Below the pieces are notes generated by a model, which saw only the letters and a list, made by a program, of their open reading frames with translations, ran no database searches and was not told the origin of the DNA. A DNA stretch of 64,000 nt from Chlorokybus atmophyticus (lineage: Eukaryota > Plantae > Mesostigma and Chlorokybus algae): assembly GCA_009103225.1 (NCBI GenBank), contig RHPI01002823.1:195104-259103 (forward strand). Direction: 5' to 3'. A program made the position numbers and the translations under genes. This document shows, piece after piece, positions 36,503 to 50,500 of the stretch (position 1 is the stretch's first letter; the number at the start of each line of letters is the position of its first letter).

Positions 36503-39500
36503 TGTTGAAGGACTAGCATGCACATGTAGCTGAGGCAAGCATAGATACACAGAGACAGAGCTACCGCCACCAGAGCATACACAAGTCACATCACATTCAT
36601 CTATTACAAGTTGTCCGATGGTTCTTATACCAGCCAGCTACACACACGTCTACGTTTGCAAGCACTGCGTAAGCTATACTCAGACTTTTGACGCACTCAA
36701 AGCTGTGTTGTCTTCCTTACAACCAGAGCTTTCCAACAAGCTCTGACACGCCTAATATGAGTAAGTATACGCGGAGATACGAAGCAGTTAGTAAGGCTCC
36801 AGTCTGGAGTCCGGAGTCTGGTCCGACGATGCCATCTTGCTAAGTCCGGACCTAGTGCTCGTCCTTACGACCTTCTACTCCTGTGTGGAGGGTCGATGCT
36901 GATCGTATGTAGGAATACTCTCAACACTCCCACGCGAGCAGCTTGACCTCCGACGCTTGCTCCTGTAGTCAAACACATATGCCAAGTCCTGCACAACAAG
37001 TCTTGAACTTGAGCGGTGACAATGACTTTGTCATGAAGTCCGCCAGCATGCCCTCAGTGTTGCAGTACTTGAACTCCACCTCCTTCCTTGTGACTCTGTC
37101 ACGCACAAAGTGATGCATGACATCAATGTGCTTCGTCCTTGCCGAGGCAATAGGGTGCTTCAACAACTTTATGGCTCCTTGGTTGTCACAGTTGATGACG
37201 ATGCACGCCATGGGGTGCTCCAAGTCTGCCATGAGCTTGCGAAGCCAGAGTGCCTCCTTCACTGCTGCTGCCGCTGCCATGTACTCAGCCTCTGATGTAG
37301 ATGCTGCTGTTGTTGGCTGCAGCCTGCTGTTCCAGCTTACCACGCCTCCATTTAGCTTGAAAACGTAGCCTGTAGTGGACCTCCTGCTGTTGAGGTCACC
37401 AGCAAAGTCCGAGTCGCAGTAGCCCTCCAACTCAGTGCTCCCGCTCCCAAACTTGATGCCAACTGTTGCGCTCCCAGCAACATAGCGTAGTACTCCCTTT
37501 GCTGCTCTCCAGTGCTCCATGCTCGGTGCAGACATGTAGCGAGCAAGTACTCCCACAGCATGTGCAACATCGGGACGTGTGCACACTGCCAGATAGAGCA
37601 TGCTGCCTACCAGCTCACCATATGGATACTGAGCCTTGTCGAGTACCTCCTCATCCTTTGCCTTGATGAGGGCAGTGCCAAGTGCCAACGGTGTGGTCTT
37701 GGTCTTCGCTTCAGTGAGCCCAAACTTGGTGACGAGTCTTCTCACCATCTGCTCCTGACTGATCTTGATTGTGCGAGCCGCCCTGTCGCGCTCAATCACC
37801 ATGCCAAGGAACCACTTGGCCTCTCCAAGATCATGAATTGAGAATGCTTGCTGCAAAGCAAGTTTCGTCTCCTGCAGGTGGTGCACCTGCCTGGCGGTGA
37901 TGATGATATCATCAACATACACGAGCAGCCAGACCTTGTTGTCTGCATGGATGAAGAGCCCAGGGTCTGCAGAGGATGCGGTGAAGCCAAGTGCCTCCAG
38001 CTCCTTGGTGAGCTTGATGTGCCACATACGCGGTGCCTGTCGCAGCCCGTACAGTGCCTTGATCAGCTTGCACGCTGTGCCTCTCTCCCCTTCTTCATAT
38101 CCAGGTGGTTGCTCGATGAAGATCTCCTCCTCCAGCTCTCCGTAGAGGAAGGCAGTCTTCACATCCAGGTGATGCAGCTCTAGGTCTTCAGCAGCAACCA
38201 TAGCTAGCAGTGCACGGAAGGTGGTATGCTTACTTGCAGGTGCAAACACTTCGTTGAAGTCCACACCTTCCTGCTGCAAGAAGCCCTTTGCCACCAGTCT
38301 TGCCTTGTAGCGCTCAATGTTGCCCTGACCATCACGCTTCACCTTGAAGACCCATTTCACTGGAATGGTCTTCACTCCTTGCGGTAACTGCTCCAGTGAC
38401 CAAGTGTTGTTGGCATGGAGTGACGCAATCTCCTCGTCCATAGCACGCTGCCATTGCTCCGCATCTGGTGCTAACAATGCCTCCTCGTAGGTGCTTAGCT
38501 CCTCATGCTGCACACTGGCGACGTGTGCCTTGTGTAGGAAGTCAGGTGCCTTTTCCTCCCTCACTGGGTATCCTCGAGCTGCGTGCTCCTGCTGCAGGTG
38601 CGACTGCTTGTCTGCTACAGTGGAGTCCTGCTCACCCTTATCGTCGATGATGGCCTTGCCTGTAGCCTCCACTGTTTCAGGAAGCTCCGGCTGTGCTTCA
38701 TCTTCAGGAAAGAAGCCTGCTTCTGGTTGTGATAATCCCTCGTGGAAAACCACCTCTCTACTCACGATCATCTTCTGAGTGTCCTCGAGCAAGATCCTGT
38801 AAGCCTTGGAACCTGGTTCATAGCCAACGAAGATGCCCTTCTTGCTGACCGGCTCCAGCTTGTGCCTGAGCTGTTTAGGCACTAGTGCATATGCCGTGCA
38901 TCCAAACACACGCATACCACTCACATCTGGTGTGGCTCCATAGAAGTGCTCCCACGGAGTCTTCTGCTCTGAGCTCACCGGAGACCTGTTGCGGATGTAG
39001 TTGGCAGTGAGTACCGCCTCCTTCCACAAACTGTCTTCCATCTTTGTGTCGTTGAGCATAGCTCGAACACGCTCCAAGAGTGTCCTGTTAAGGTGTTCAG
39101 CTGCTCCATTCTGCTGCGGGGTGTAGGGTGCCGTTGTCTCGTGGCGTATGCCCTTGCTGGCGAAGAACTCCTTCAACTCCTTGTTGATGTACTCCCCTCC
39201 TCGATCACTCCTCATTGCCTTCATCTTGTTGCTAGACTGCGTCTCCAACAAGGCCACAACTGTGCGCACAGCTCCAGCAACTTCTGACTTCAGCGTCAAC
39301 GGAAAGATGATGGACAGCTTGCTGTAGTCGTCGATTAATGTAGCAAAGTACCTGGCCCCTCCCTTCGCCACAATGCGCATAGGGCCACAGACATCCATGT
39401 GCACAAGCTCGCAAGGATGCTGACTGCTTGAAGAGGATGATGGGAATGGCATAGCATGCTGCTTTGCAACCAGGCATGGTTCACAAAGTGCACCTGATGC

Positions 39501-41410
39501 ATTCTTGAGTTCTTCTGTGCTGAGATGGATGCCCTTGACCATCTTCTCAGCGACAAGGCGAGTGAGGTTGACGTAGCTGAGATGCCCGAACCTTCGATGC
39601 CACAATGTTGGCGACTCCTTGTCCTTCACCACCATGGCTTGAATGTCAATGTCCTGAGGGTGCTGCTCCACGTGGTAGAGCCCTCCCGGATCAGTGATTC
39701 CAACCATGTGCACGGCCCCATCAAGGATGACTGTGCAGCCACCCTTCCGAAATAGGATCTCCGCGCCTAAGCGCTCCGCAACCCTCACAGAGAATAGACT
39801 CGCAATAGCCTTAGGAACATGCAGGACGTTGCGTAACAACACCTCGCGTAGTGTGTTACCAACCTTGCACTGGAGTCGTACGTTGCCAACTCCGTCGGCC
39901 ACCAGTACTTCACCGCCGAAGCCCGCCACCTTGATTGTGGACGTCAGCTTCCTGTAGCCCTCCATCACCTCCATGTTTGGTGTGAGATGACGATCGCAGC
40001 CAGAGTCCACCACCCGGAAAGCTGTGCCTGCCCTCGAACTGGATGCAGTGAAGGCGACATGTTTCTCCTTGTGTTGGTGCTCGTTGCCGCTGTTGCTGGT
40101 GCTTGCTCTAGGTTGCCCCTGTTGTTTCTTCCTACAGTCCTTCACAATGTGCCCCTTCCAACCACACCAGTGGCATGTGAGGTCTTTGAAGCGAGGATTG
40201 CCCGGCTTGTTGCCCTTATTCTTCTCTTCATGGTTGCTCTTCTTCCCATGCTTGTTGGTGTAGAAGGTCACGGCATCAGCTTGCTCGTCCTTCTTCATCA
40301 CCCTCTGCTCCACGGTGAGCAGCTTCGGTAGTACATCGTCCAGCGCCAGCTCTGATGACGATGTCTCCAGCAGTGTTGCAACGACCTCGTACTCTGCTGG
40401 TAGCCCTGCAACAACAGCCAGCACAACCTCCGTCTCCCCCATGTTGTGGCCGACGTTGATGAGGTCCGCCCACAGCTCTCTCTCGCGCGCAACATACTTT
40501 GTGATGGGTTCTGCTGCCTCCTTCCAAAGTGCGCTCAGCTGCTTGCGTAGATGCAACTTTCTGGCATTGTTCTTGGCTCTGAAAACGGCTGATAGCTTTT
40601 CCCAAGCTTGTCTACCATCTTCACATGCAGTAAGCATGGGAAAGTGATGCGGTTTATTATTCAACACAAGCAAAGAGTGTGCTTCTGCTGAATGCGCTGA
40701 CCACACAGTGTTCGCTCCTGGTGTTGGTGGTGGTGCCTTCGGATCAACGTACTTTCACACCTTCTTGTGGATGAGCAAGGCCTTCATCTCCACGCACCAT
40801 GTGTTGTAGTTGTCGGTGTCCAGCTTTGCAATCTGCCCCTTGTTGTAGGTCGCCTCCATTTCTGTCGAGCCTGCCTTTCTTGCAGTTGACACCCAAGGCT
40901 TTGCTACCAACAAGCTACCGCAGTGGAGAACTACTATGCACACAAGCTAGTTTCACACTCCTCAAGCGTAGTGTGGACCCATAACCTGTTGAAGGACTAG
41001 CATGCACATGTAGCTGAGGCAAGCATAGATACACAGAGACAGAGCTACCGCCACCAGAGCATACACAAGTCACATCACATTCATCTATTACAAGTTGTCC
41101 GCTGGTTCTTATACCAGCCAGTTACACACACGTCTACGTTTGCAAGCACTGCGTAAGCTATACTCAGCCTTTTTACGCGCTCTAAGCTGTGTTGTCTTTC
41201 TTACAACCAGAGCTTTTCAACAAGCTCTCACACGCCTAATATGAGTAAGTATACGCGGAGATACGAAGCAGTTAGTAAGGCTCCAGTCTGGAGTCCGGAG
41301 TCTGGTCCGACGATGCCATCTTGCTAAGTCCGGACCTAGTGCTCGTCCTTACGACCTTCTACTCCTGTGTGGAGGGTCGATGCTGATCGTATGTAGGAAT
41401 ACTCTCAACA
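36503..41410 (-). mobile_element. Full-length Ty1/copia LTR retrotransposon (Osser-like PBS)
   Basis: 424-bp LTRs TGTTGAAGG...CTCAACA at 36503-36926 and 40987-41410. 5-bp TSD CCTGT (36498-36502, 41411-41415). PBS GGTTATGGGTCCAC at 40986-40973 (half-tRNAiMet type). About 9 LTR mismatches counted by eye. Confidence 0.98.
36969..40859 (-). pseudogene. copia gag-pol (gag, zinc knuckle, protease, integrase, RT, RNase H) with one premature stop
   Basis: CHWCGWKGHIVKDC, VVDSGCDRH, GAG-pre-integrase LWHRRFGH, VHMDVCGP, RSDRGGEY, QQNGAAE, YKARLVAKG, LDVKTAFL, LLVYVDD, YCDSDFAGD, RTKHIDV. ATG at 40859; TGA at 40755-40757 (KKV*KYVDP, probably TGG>TGA). Confidence 0.95.
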
Positions 41411-41639
41411 CCTGTGCTGTGTACATGTACCTGAAATGTGTACAGTGTCTTTCAGTCACTTGCCAAGGCTTGTAGTTCGATTATGTGACTCGAGCAGTTC
41501 TGTTGTATATCATAGGGATGCAAGTATTGATATGCATGAGCATAATGACGATTGACTGAGCTGGTTTAAGATGCACAACACTCAGTCACAAGAGCCTTGT
41601 AGCTGTGTACACTACCAGCTAAACGGACTACCAACTGCG

Positions 41640-43467
41640 CTACAGCTCCTCTCCATCATCGCTTTGCTCGTCATTACGGAACAAAGCACCACGCGCTGGG
41701 GCCTGTGGAGGAGACGCCGGAGCTTGCTCTTCCTCCTCAAACGGTTGTGCCAGCCAATTAAATGCCGCTTCTGCCTCAGCGAGCGGGTCACGAGCTACTG
41801 TCTCTTGCGACCGGCGCCGATTGGGATCTTTCAGGTATTCGACACAAGATGCAGTGCGGCGTTTCACAAGGGTGAATGGCTGGAGGGCTGCGTACCGTTG
41901 CCTCATCTCCCGCTTCATTGACATGATTATGGTGTTGATTTCGCTGAGGTACTCTTCATGTGTGTCTATGCTGGCAGCTAGGAGAGGGTCTCCATCCTTG
42001 CCCTTTAGGATGCGCTCCACCTGCGTAGTTTACAGGCATGTCTTAGTGGCATCGAAAGCCACTATTCACTGCAACGCGTCTGCAAGCCTGTAGTTTGGGG
42101 CTACAGCATTCCTGAATTGCTAATGATGGAGTTCAGAGTGCTCACCGTAAGCAACAGGTATGCGAGGTGGTTGACTGTCAGCTGCCGGCGACCAGGTGTA
42201 GTGACGGCGTAAGACCAGCATTGCACGATCATTTGCCAGATTATGGGATTGCCCCATTCATGGATGTATCTCCTCCGCTCCGGGTCTGCAGTGTCGGTCA
42301 CCTCAAATCTCCGCCATGACTTGTCTGCGACAGTCATACCGACAAGGCATTAGTCACGAAATAGATAGTTCAAGTTGAGCCTGCACCAGGCTAGAATAGT
42401 GCCTGTGACTTACTTTGGAGCGCGTTGCGCATCTGGGCTTTTTGGGTCTCGGGGTCCATTAGGGCGTCGATGTGCCTGATTGAATCGGTTACAATAGGCG
42501 AGATGAGTACGTGTGTATGGAGGCTGAGTAAGAAGGCAGTGTTGCATAGCAGATATGGTGGTGAGGGACCCAACTCACTTGCGCTTGTTGCTGTTAAACA
42601 GTGTCCACTTGTACTCCTTCTCAAGGACATGCTTGATCTTGGTGACGTTCTCAGACCGGACCTGCGTAGCTTTCTTCAGGGCGACACTCCAGTGGAAGGG
42701 GCACTCCTTGGGAGTCCAGTACACCTCATAGAACTTGGCCGCATCGGCCTCGTCGTCATGGTCGAAGCCAACTACCTGTCACGGGCAGGTTGGTCAGTGT
42801 CACGGTGCAGTGCGGTCATGAAGCATTCACAGCACCTGACACATGACGTTACGAATAGTGTCCTCCTTGGGATAAACGTGGCTCTCTACCCAGTGGCCGT
42901 TTATGATTTCAACGACGGCATCTCGCAAATGCTGTCCACAGAAGAACAATCCGTTACACACATACACACAGTGTCACAGTGTCACACAGTGCTTACCTCG
43001 TTGCCAATCTTCCACTTGCTTGGGGAAGGGTTGCTGACGGCCGAGGTTGCCACGTCACGGCCAAATGCGTTTGGGTTGGGGGTTCCAATCGACCCTCTGC
43101 AAGCACAACCACATGAGTCATGCTGCCAGCCATGAAAGATGCAACCCTCACAGTTGCAAAAGAAGAACAACGTGCACAGTGTATCCAGAACGCATGCAGT
43201 GAGTCACTGTGCTAGTCATGATAGAAGCAAGCATCCAAGTTAGAAGTTGAGCAAGAAGCAACGTGCACAGTGCATCAAGAACGCATGCAGTCTAGCTTGC
43301 CCTTGCGACTGCGGTGTCAGGTGGAGTTGTTGTGATGTGCTGGGCGTTAGCGCGGGGTCTTGCTGCGATTGGTTGGCGACGGTTGCCTGGTTGAACACTG
43401 GGGGCAATGTGGACAACTGGCGCCGACCTCCACGACGAGGTGCACTTACGGATGGACCACGAGGCAT
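41640..43467 (-). CDS. Uncharacterised multi-exon cargo protein, copy 2
   Basis: Reverse-complement copy of 31751-33578; ORF-track peptides are identical or differ by 1-2 residues. Confidence 0.65.
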
Positions 43468-43899
43468 CTCTCCAACTGATAGTCGGGTGCCGCCTGTTTA
43501 GCTGTAAGTGGCGCTGCCGCCTCCAACGCTGCCGCCGCCGGTTGGCCCGCCCGAATGTATGAGGCGCGAAAACGAAAATGAGGCGGTTTTGAACGTCTAG
43601 AGTCCCGCACTAGAGTCGCACTTGTAGTGCGTCCTTGCTCCTATGGTTGATGGTACGACTTATGCATTCGTGCCATGCATGCTTCGTACAACCATTGTTA
43701 CCAATGGTTGTGTCGTAACATTTATGGTACGACAGAGGCATCTCTCGTCCAACCCCAGCGATTGCCGTACAATGGCTCTGTCGTACCATCCATGGTACGA
43801 CAGAGGCATTGCTCGATCAGCCCAAATGGGAGTTAGCATGCACTCACCCAAACACGCTTCATTGATGGCCGGATGATGGCACGCAGGGGCACCAGGTCG

Positions 43900-46029
43900 A
43901 TGACGGGTCGAATGTCAGGCTTGATGGGCCTGGGTTCGACTAGGAGGCGGAGGACCAGGAGTCGGAGGAGGCGGCGGCGGCGGCGGCGGCGTGGCACATC
44001 TTGCGAGAAGTTGTGGTCGTAAGAGTTCAAGCAGCGAAGCCAGCTACTACCGGTCGCCACGTCATGGATCATGGCAGGCGTCAGCAATGGGGCTGTCCAA
44101 CATGCATCACCAACATTGGACAAACCAGCAGGCAAGCCATTAAAGACCATCTTCACACAGAGAGCTGCTTGGTGGCTCGCTTTCTGCAACAGGGAGTGGA
44201 TCAGGAGCTGCAGTCCTTGGAGCCCCTTGTCAGAACCATGCGGGACCAGTTGCGGCTGTGGGAACAAGCACAAAGGAATGCAGAGGTACGCTCAACAGTC
44301 ACATGCATTTCCTTGCAAGAGCAATTTGTTTTTTAGCGCAGTCCATGTGATATATGTAGCGTGGCTGCAGGCCTCCACTATTCACCCATACCCACCCTAC
44401 AGTCAAGCCGACATTGCGGAAGCAAGAGCAGATAGACAGAGCTGGGCGGCGGTATGTTGTTGCCAATCTCGCTGTGCATGTTGACTGCAATGTCGGCTCC
44501 AATGCATGCCTACCTTTCCATGCTAGGATGTGCGTGAGCGTGCGAAGTCGCGCGCGCGTGCCGAACGAAGTAGGCTGGGTTTGAGCACAGGAGCGCGTGG
44601 CCATTCGTCCGGCATTCAACCAATAGTGCATCAACCAGCAATGACGCAGTCCATGCAATCATTCGTGCATCAACCAGCAATGCCGCAGGTGACTGTTCGA
44701 AGCAACCAACTGATGACGGTGTGACGCAGTTAACTATTGCAATTGCAGTGTCGCAAGCATGCAGCTAACCCACATGTGATTGGTTGACAGTACCACAGTG
44801 CACTAGATCCTGTTGGAGCTCCTATGCAAGCCTGGATTCAATCCCATCAACTGGTCCTTCAATCCCACTTGCTGATGAGCGCGGCGGCAATGCGGCATCA
44901 GTTTAACATGCATGTTGGCCTGTTGAATCCCGACATGTCCATTGGGGCAGTGGCGCATGATGTGCCCATGGCTCAAGAGCTCCGTGACGAGTCTGCCATT
45001 GAGGGTGGCGGGGAGAGTGCAGCCAATACCACCTTGTCAGCCCCCATGGCTTCCCCTGCTCCATGCAGCCCACGGGCCATTGAGGTAAGTCGCTGTCTTT
45101 TATGCTCGTGCCTTGGTAACAATGCGTCAGGCACTGCATAAGCTTATATTCGTCCTTTGCAACATTGTGAGCCATCTTATCCTGGGTCCTGTATACAGCC
45201 CCCCTTGCTGCATGCACAAGTGGTCTCACCTGCAGCTCCTGCTCCCCTCCCAGCCAGAGCGCAACCACCTTCCGCGGCACCAGTCCTTCATGCAGTGCCA
45301 TCTCCTCCACGAGCAGCACCGGTGATTGAAGGGCAGCAATCCTTCTTGCCGCCACCGGCGAGACCACAGCACAATGCAACAACCGATGTGGCTTCTGCAC
45401 CTACCTTACCCCACCCGCTGCAAGTTGAAGCCGGCAGTCTGCCCCAAACTCAGGTACTTTATCAGTCACTGTGACTCTTGCCGTCCACAGTTGGACACAC
45501 CATGTGAGTGCTGTATGCGCATGCAGCAGGGGTCACCACCTGCCAGCGAGTCATCAGAGGAGCTGGCCGCAACCCGCATACGGCCATCAGTCATGCTAGG
45601 TGGCCAGCTCGCCTCATGGGACCACTTCAATGCGCCAACGGATGGTAATTGCTTCTACCATTGTGTATTTTGCGCCAGGCCATCCATAGCGCAAAGTGTC
45701 CTGAATGATCACAAGTGCCCCAGCTCGAGCAGATTTTGGGCCATGCTGGACACCATGGACGACGACGGCAGGGGGCACACTCTCCGCAAGATCACCGCCA
45801 AGGCTGTCGATGCAGGTGTGGCGAGCAGAATCCTAGACTTACGCACAGCCACTGGTGCCGCGGGAGAGATGGCGCAGTATTACGACAAACTGCCTGCGAC
45901 CATGTTGGCTGATGTCAACTGCAACATTGACCTAGCCATGGCCAAGGTGCGACAGATCGTGCGGAGAAAAGATGTTTACGTCAAGCACCTGCAGATGACC
46001 ATGTTTGCCAACAAGCTGGGCTTGTTGAT
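43900..46029 (+). pseudogene. 5' part of the OTU-like gene, copy 2, truncated by gypsy LTR
   Basis: FNAPTDGNCFYHCV at ~45626-45660. Lacks the 26-bp insertion of copy 1. Homology stops at CTTGTTGAT|TGTGTCGGG. Confidence 0.7.
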
Positions 46030-46597
46030 TGTGTCGGGTCGAGGGGAGTCGAGGGTCACGCTGTCTCGGATAGCTGCATGGACAGCCATGCTTGCTGGAC
46101 ATGCTGCTGCGCCACCTGTGTAACGTGCAGCAAAAACAAAAGATGACCCCAACGCTCATGGTGACAAGTGCTTTGTGCAGCTGGTTTGCTGCTGCTGGGT
46201 AGTACGGGCAGGTGGAGTCGGTGTTCTCCCTAGTGTACATGCTGTGCTGTAGCACACAAAGTCAACAAGCCACCCCCCCTGGGCTCTGGGGGAGGTTCCA
46301 GCTCCAGAGCTTAGCTGCTAGCGCAAGTTAGGAGGGCCGTTGGTACGGCAATCGTCGCACCAATACTCCTCCATAGGTATCGCGTCAAAAGGTGGCTCCA
46401 GGCAGTAGCAATGCAGGCCCTTGTTGCAGCCATCGCAGAGCATCATGAGTGCGTCGTCGTTGGCGCTGCCGCAGTGTTCACAGCTTGTGCTGCGCGCGGG
46501 ACGAGGGTGCTGGACACGCCCGAAGCCGGCTACGTAAGGAAGGTGACATGGCGCACAGTTCACCATGTTGTCCTTCAACCTCTCTCCGTTTTGACCA
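46030..46597 (-). mobile_element. 3' end of Ty3/gypsy element: PHD-finger tail, PPT and 243-bp 3' LTR
   Basis: CEHCGSANDDALMMLCDGCNKGLHCYCLEPPFDAIPMEEYWCDDC (C4HC3 PHD), stop at 46318. PPT AGGGGGGG at 46280-46273. LTR TGGCTT...GACACA at 46272-46030. Confidence 0.85.
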
Positions 46598-47165
46598 CAC
46601 ACGGAATTTTTTCCACGGACCAGCCCTGGTCCGCACGTACGGACCAGGGCCAAAACGCCCGGGCGGCTTGGGGTCCGGACCAGGGTCGCCCGCCTTGGTC
46701 TGCACGCGGGGACCAGGGCTGGTCCAAACAGTACGTAATTGTCCCACGGTCCCCCAAAAAACCGGGCCAGCCCTGGTTGCTGTTATCATGATGAGCGCAT
46801 TGGGACCAATGCTTGTCTACCATGCGTGTTGCTGCATGCACCAAGGATGGTCCGCTCTTGGCACAGTTCTGTAAAAAGCATCACCACTACTGGTCCCGAG
46901 TAGCAGGACCATCCTTGGTTCGCACTGTGGGACCATGCATGGTCTACTTGTATCTTAATGTCTAGCCCAGATGGTCTGCAAGGATGGTCCCGACTAGTGG
47001 GACCAACCATGGCTCTGCTGGCGGGACCATGCCTGGTCCACACCCAACCATTTCTTTGTACCAGCCGAATCTCACTGCATTGGTCCATGCTTGCATCCAA
47101 GGACCAGCATTGGTGCACAATACCCGCTGACATCCTGCACCAATGCTGGTCTATGACCCATGCAC
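46598..47165. repeat. Left subterminal TGGTCC/GGACCA motif array of the CACTA element (right array ~62830-63209)
   Basis: Many copies in both orientations, concentrated at the two element ends. Confidence 0.85.
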
Positions 47166-47580
47166 CAGCAATTCACGGTAACCCATCCTATATATATAGT
47201 GCGTGTCTGGCAATCAGCGAGACCTGCAAAGTGTCAAACATCTATGCTAACTACAGCAGTGTTCTCATAGCTACTAAGATCACCAGCGCTCATAGCCTGC
47301 CTATGATGAGACTGAGCGCATGCTGCGCACACCACGTGATCTCGGCACTGCACGCACACGTTCCTTCTGTTCCATACTCTGCTCCATACTTGCAAATGTA
47401 GACGGCCTTTCAGATGAACGAGTGCACGCCGCGTGCGCCAACAACAGATTGTCGTAGACACTGCGCACACTGCATATGAGCAACACCGCAACTATAGAAC
47501 ACAATGTACATTTCTTAAAGAATAGACACGTAACAGTAGCAACATGCAACAGTTGCAACTTTGCACATCTCTGATACCTA

Positions 47581-50500
47581 TCATTTGGAGGATGCCGTCC
47601 TGCTTAGCTCCCATCGCCCCATGAAGCGGAACCTCTTGGGCTCAGGCGTTTCACTTTCATCCGGCATGCCTGCATGCACAATGAGTGGCGAATGTGTACA
47701 ATCACATACACAGAGACCAGACTGCTCGTACATGGCACTATTAGCTTACAGCTTACCAGCTTACGAGCATACCCTATAGACTGCATTGTGACACTGTGCA
47801 TTGGTTACAGCTACCAAGCCTATGAGCGGTTTATAAGCTCAAAACATACCTGGCCGTTTACTCGTGTTTATCCAGCCCAGCTGACCACCCTGCGTTGGGT
47901 CTTCGCCCAGCCACTTCTTCTTCATTGCAAACTGCACAACCGCTTGCATGATACGCTGTGTTGGAATGCTGTCCATCCGGGCCTGGTCTCGAAAGGGAAG
48001 AGGTGCCACGCTCTCCATCAGCGCCACCTGCTTCTTCCGCCAGAATTCCCATTGCCGGCCAACCTGCGCCCTAGTAGGTGTTTGCTCAGTGCCACAGCAC
48101 ACAGCCGCCAGCATCTCCAGCTTCTCATCATCCACTGAAACCTCGTGGTCCTGCATGGGCACATCATCAGCACAACCAGAAAGCACTTGAAACAAGAAAT
48201 TGCGCGCACATAGCTGACAAACCTGATCATCTTGCTGCGCATTGGTGTTCAGTTCTTCAAGTACTCTCGCCTGGCATTCCCCCATCCGGACGTGCCTATT
48301 GAAGCTGCATTCACCGTTTTCACAGACGCAGGTGCCCATCTGGCTCATGAACATAAGTGGCCACTCAACCGTCACGCTCTGCACTCCATCAGTTGTCAGT
48401 GTCATAGGCGGTTCACATGTGCACACTTTAGCCAACTACACGCGACGCACGTCTCGCACTTGATGACATGCAGTGACAAAAGCATAGACTGTGCGTGACT
48501 GACAATCACCAACTTACCTCTAGCTCGGCGCGTGTGTAATGATCCGGTGTCTTGCCATGCATGAGCCTTTGCGACCTGATAGGTATGAACGGCCGCACGC
48601 TGTCGTCCTCCACGCAAAACACTGGCAGCCAATTAATGATCTGCACGCTGTATGTGCGGCAGGGCTCATCCACCTCGGCAATCTTAAGGATGGTGGCAAT
48701 GGCCACGGGCACACATGGGTCTTCACGACTTGAGGATTGCATATCGACGTCAAAGACTTTGTCTCGGTCGTAATCGTCTGCATGTCTGCACCTCAAGAAC
48801 AGGCATCGTGTTAGATAACACAACACAACAGCTGTACATTTAGCTTGCTTCACTTCTAGTGGAGTTGTCACAGTTCAGGGTTGCAATCATACATGCGCGC
48901 ACACAGTCCTTACCTGAATTTGAGCCAAGTAGCCCGCAGCACGTCATCTGAAAGGGGCCCGTCGCTCAAGGTGTTGAAGGACTAGCATGCACATGTAGTT
49001 GAGGCAAGCATGGACACACAGAGACAGAGCTACCGCCACCAGAGCATACACAAGTCACATCACATTCATCTATTACAAGTTGTCCGCTGGTTCTTATACC
49101 AGCCAGTTACACACACGTCTACGTTTGCAAGCACTGCGTAAGCTATACTCAGCCTTTTGACGCGCTTTAAGCTGCGTTGTCTTCCTTACAACCAGAGCTT
49201 TCCAACAAGCTCTCACACGCCTAATATGAGTAAGTATACGCGGAGATACAAAGCAGTTAGTAAGGCTCCAGTCTGGAGTCCGGAGTCTGGTCCGACGATG
49301 CCATCTTGCTAAGTCCGGACCTAGTGCTCGTCCTTACGACCTTCTACTCCTGTGTGGAGGGTCGATGCTAATCGTATGTAGGAATACTCTCAACACAAGG
49401 GGCACCACAGAACGACTGTTTGCGAAGGGATGTAATCGTCAGGGCTGAAAACTCTGCCCCACCCTACAGACCGGCAACGAGCAGCTGTGCCGTGTTTGGC
49501 AGTTCGCTCTGCTTCTCGAGCATGCGCACGGAGCTGGACCCGCTGCTCCCTTGACTGTCTTTGGCGTTCACCTCGTTCTTCTTTAACGCCCCTCCGATAA
49601 GTCCATTGGCGTTGTATGAAATATGCCCGGATGTGCTCTGCCAAGCAAAAGTTATAAGGATGTCCACATGTCCAAAAAGCTGCTTTGGTCTCATAAGGTG
49701 GCACCGTCCAAGACACTCTACGACTTATGCATTTCCATAGCTGAGACCGTAGGACTCATAGGCACTGTCCAGTGTCTACGACTTATGCACTCCATTGCTG
49801 TGACCTAAAGACTCATAGGCACTGTCCAGTGTCTGCTTATGCACTCCATTGCTTTTAGATGCTCATAGGCACTGTTGTCAGCGTCTACGACATATGCGTT
49901 CCATTGCTGAGACCTAAGGACTCATAGGCACTGTCCAGTGTCTACGACTTATGCCATCCATTGCTGAGACCTAAGGACTCATAGGCACTATCCAGTGTTC
50001 CAGCTTGACAAACAGTAACCGACCAACAGTGGCACCACCAACTAGTAGTAAAAACAGCTGGATATACATGAACACTAGCTGAATTCAGCTGAACAGCAAG
50101 CCATCAAGTAACGCGACAACTTGGCAAGTAGCGTGATATCAAGTGACTTACAACAGTGGCAACACTGACCAGCAGCAACAACAGCTTGAGGGCTAGCAAA
50201 GCTTGCTATATGCATGAATACGGGCTAGTTTCACATGAACAGTTACCGATCTACACACAAGGCATTCAGAGCAAACCTTCACAGAAAACAACTGACCTCT
50301 GGACATGCGGAGCTCTATGCCTTCCCCAAACACTAGAGGCTCCAGCTCCGGCTCTAACTCCTCACAGAATTTCTCCAGCTTGGCAATGCTGGCCTGCGCT
50401 GCATGATCCTTGCTCCGCTTGTCGAAATTCACCTCCTTCCAACTAGGACCAGGGATTGCTCCCACTGTTTGAGCTTGTTGGTGAACTTGTCCATGTTTCG

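Larger units (their letters stand above)
35902..46029 (-). mobile_element. Inverted copy 2 of the Plavaka-associated block (interrupted by copia at 36503-41415, cut by gypsy LTR at 46030)
   Basis: 35910-36502 plus 41416-46029 is the reverse complement of 34401-29162. A possible true terminus CACACGTCGTCGCAATATG starts at 35902. Confidence 0.88.
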
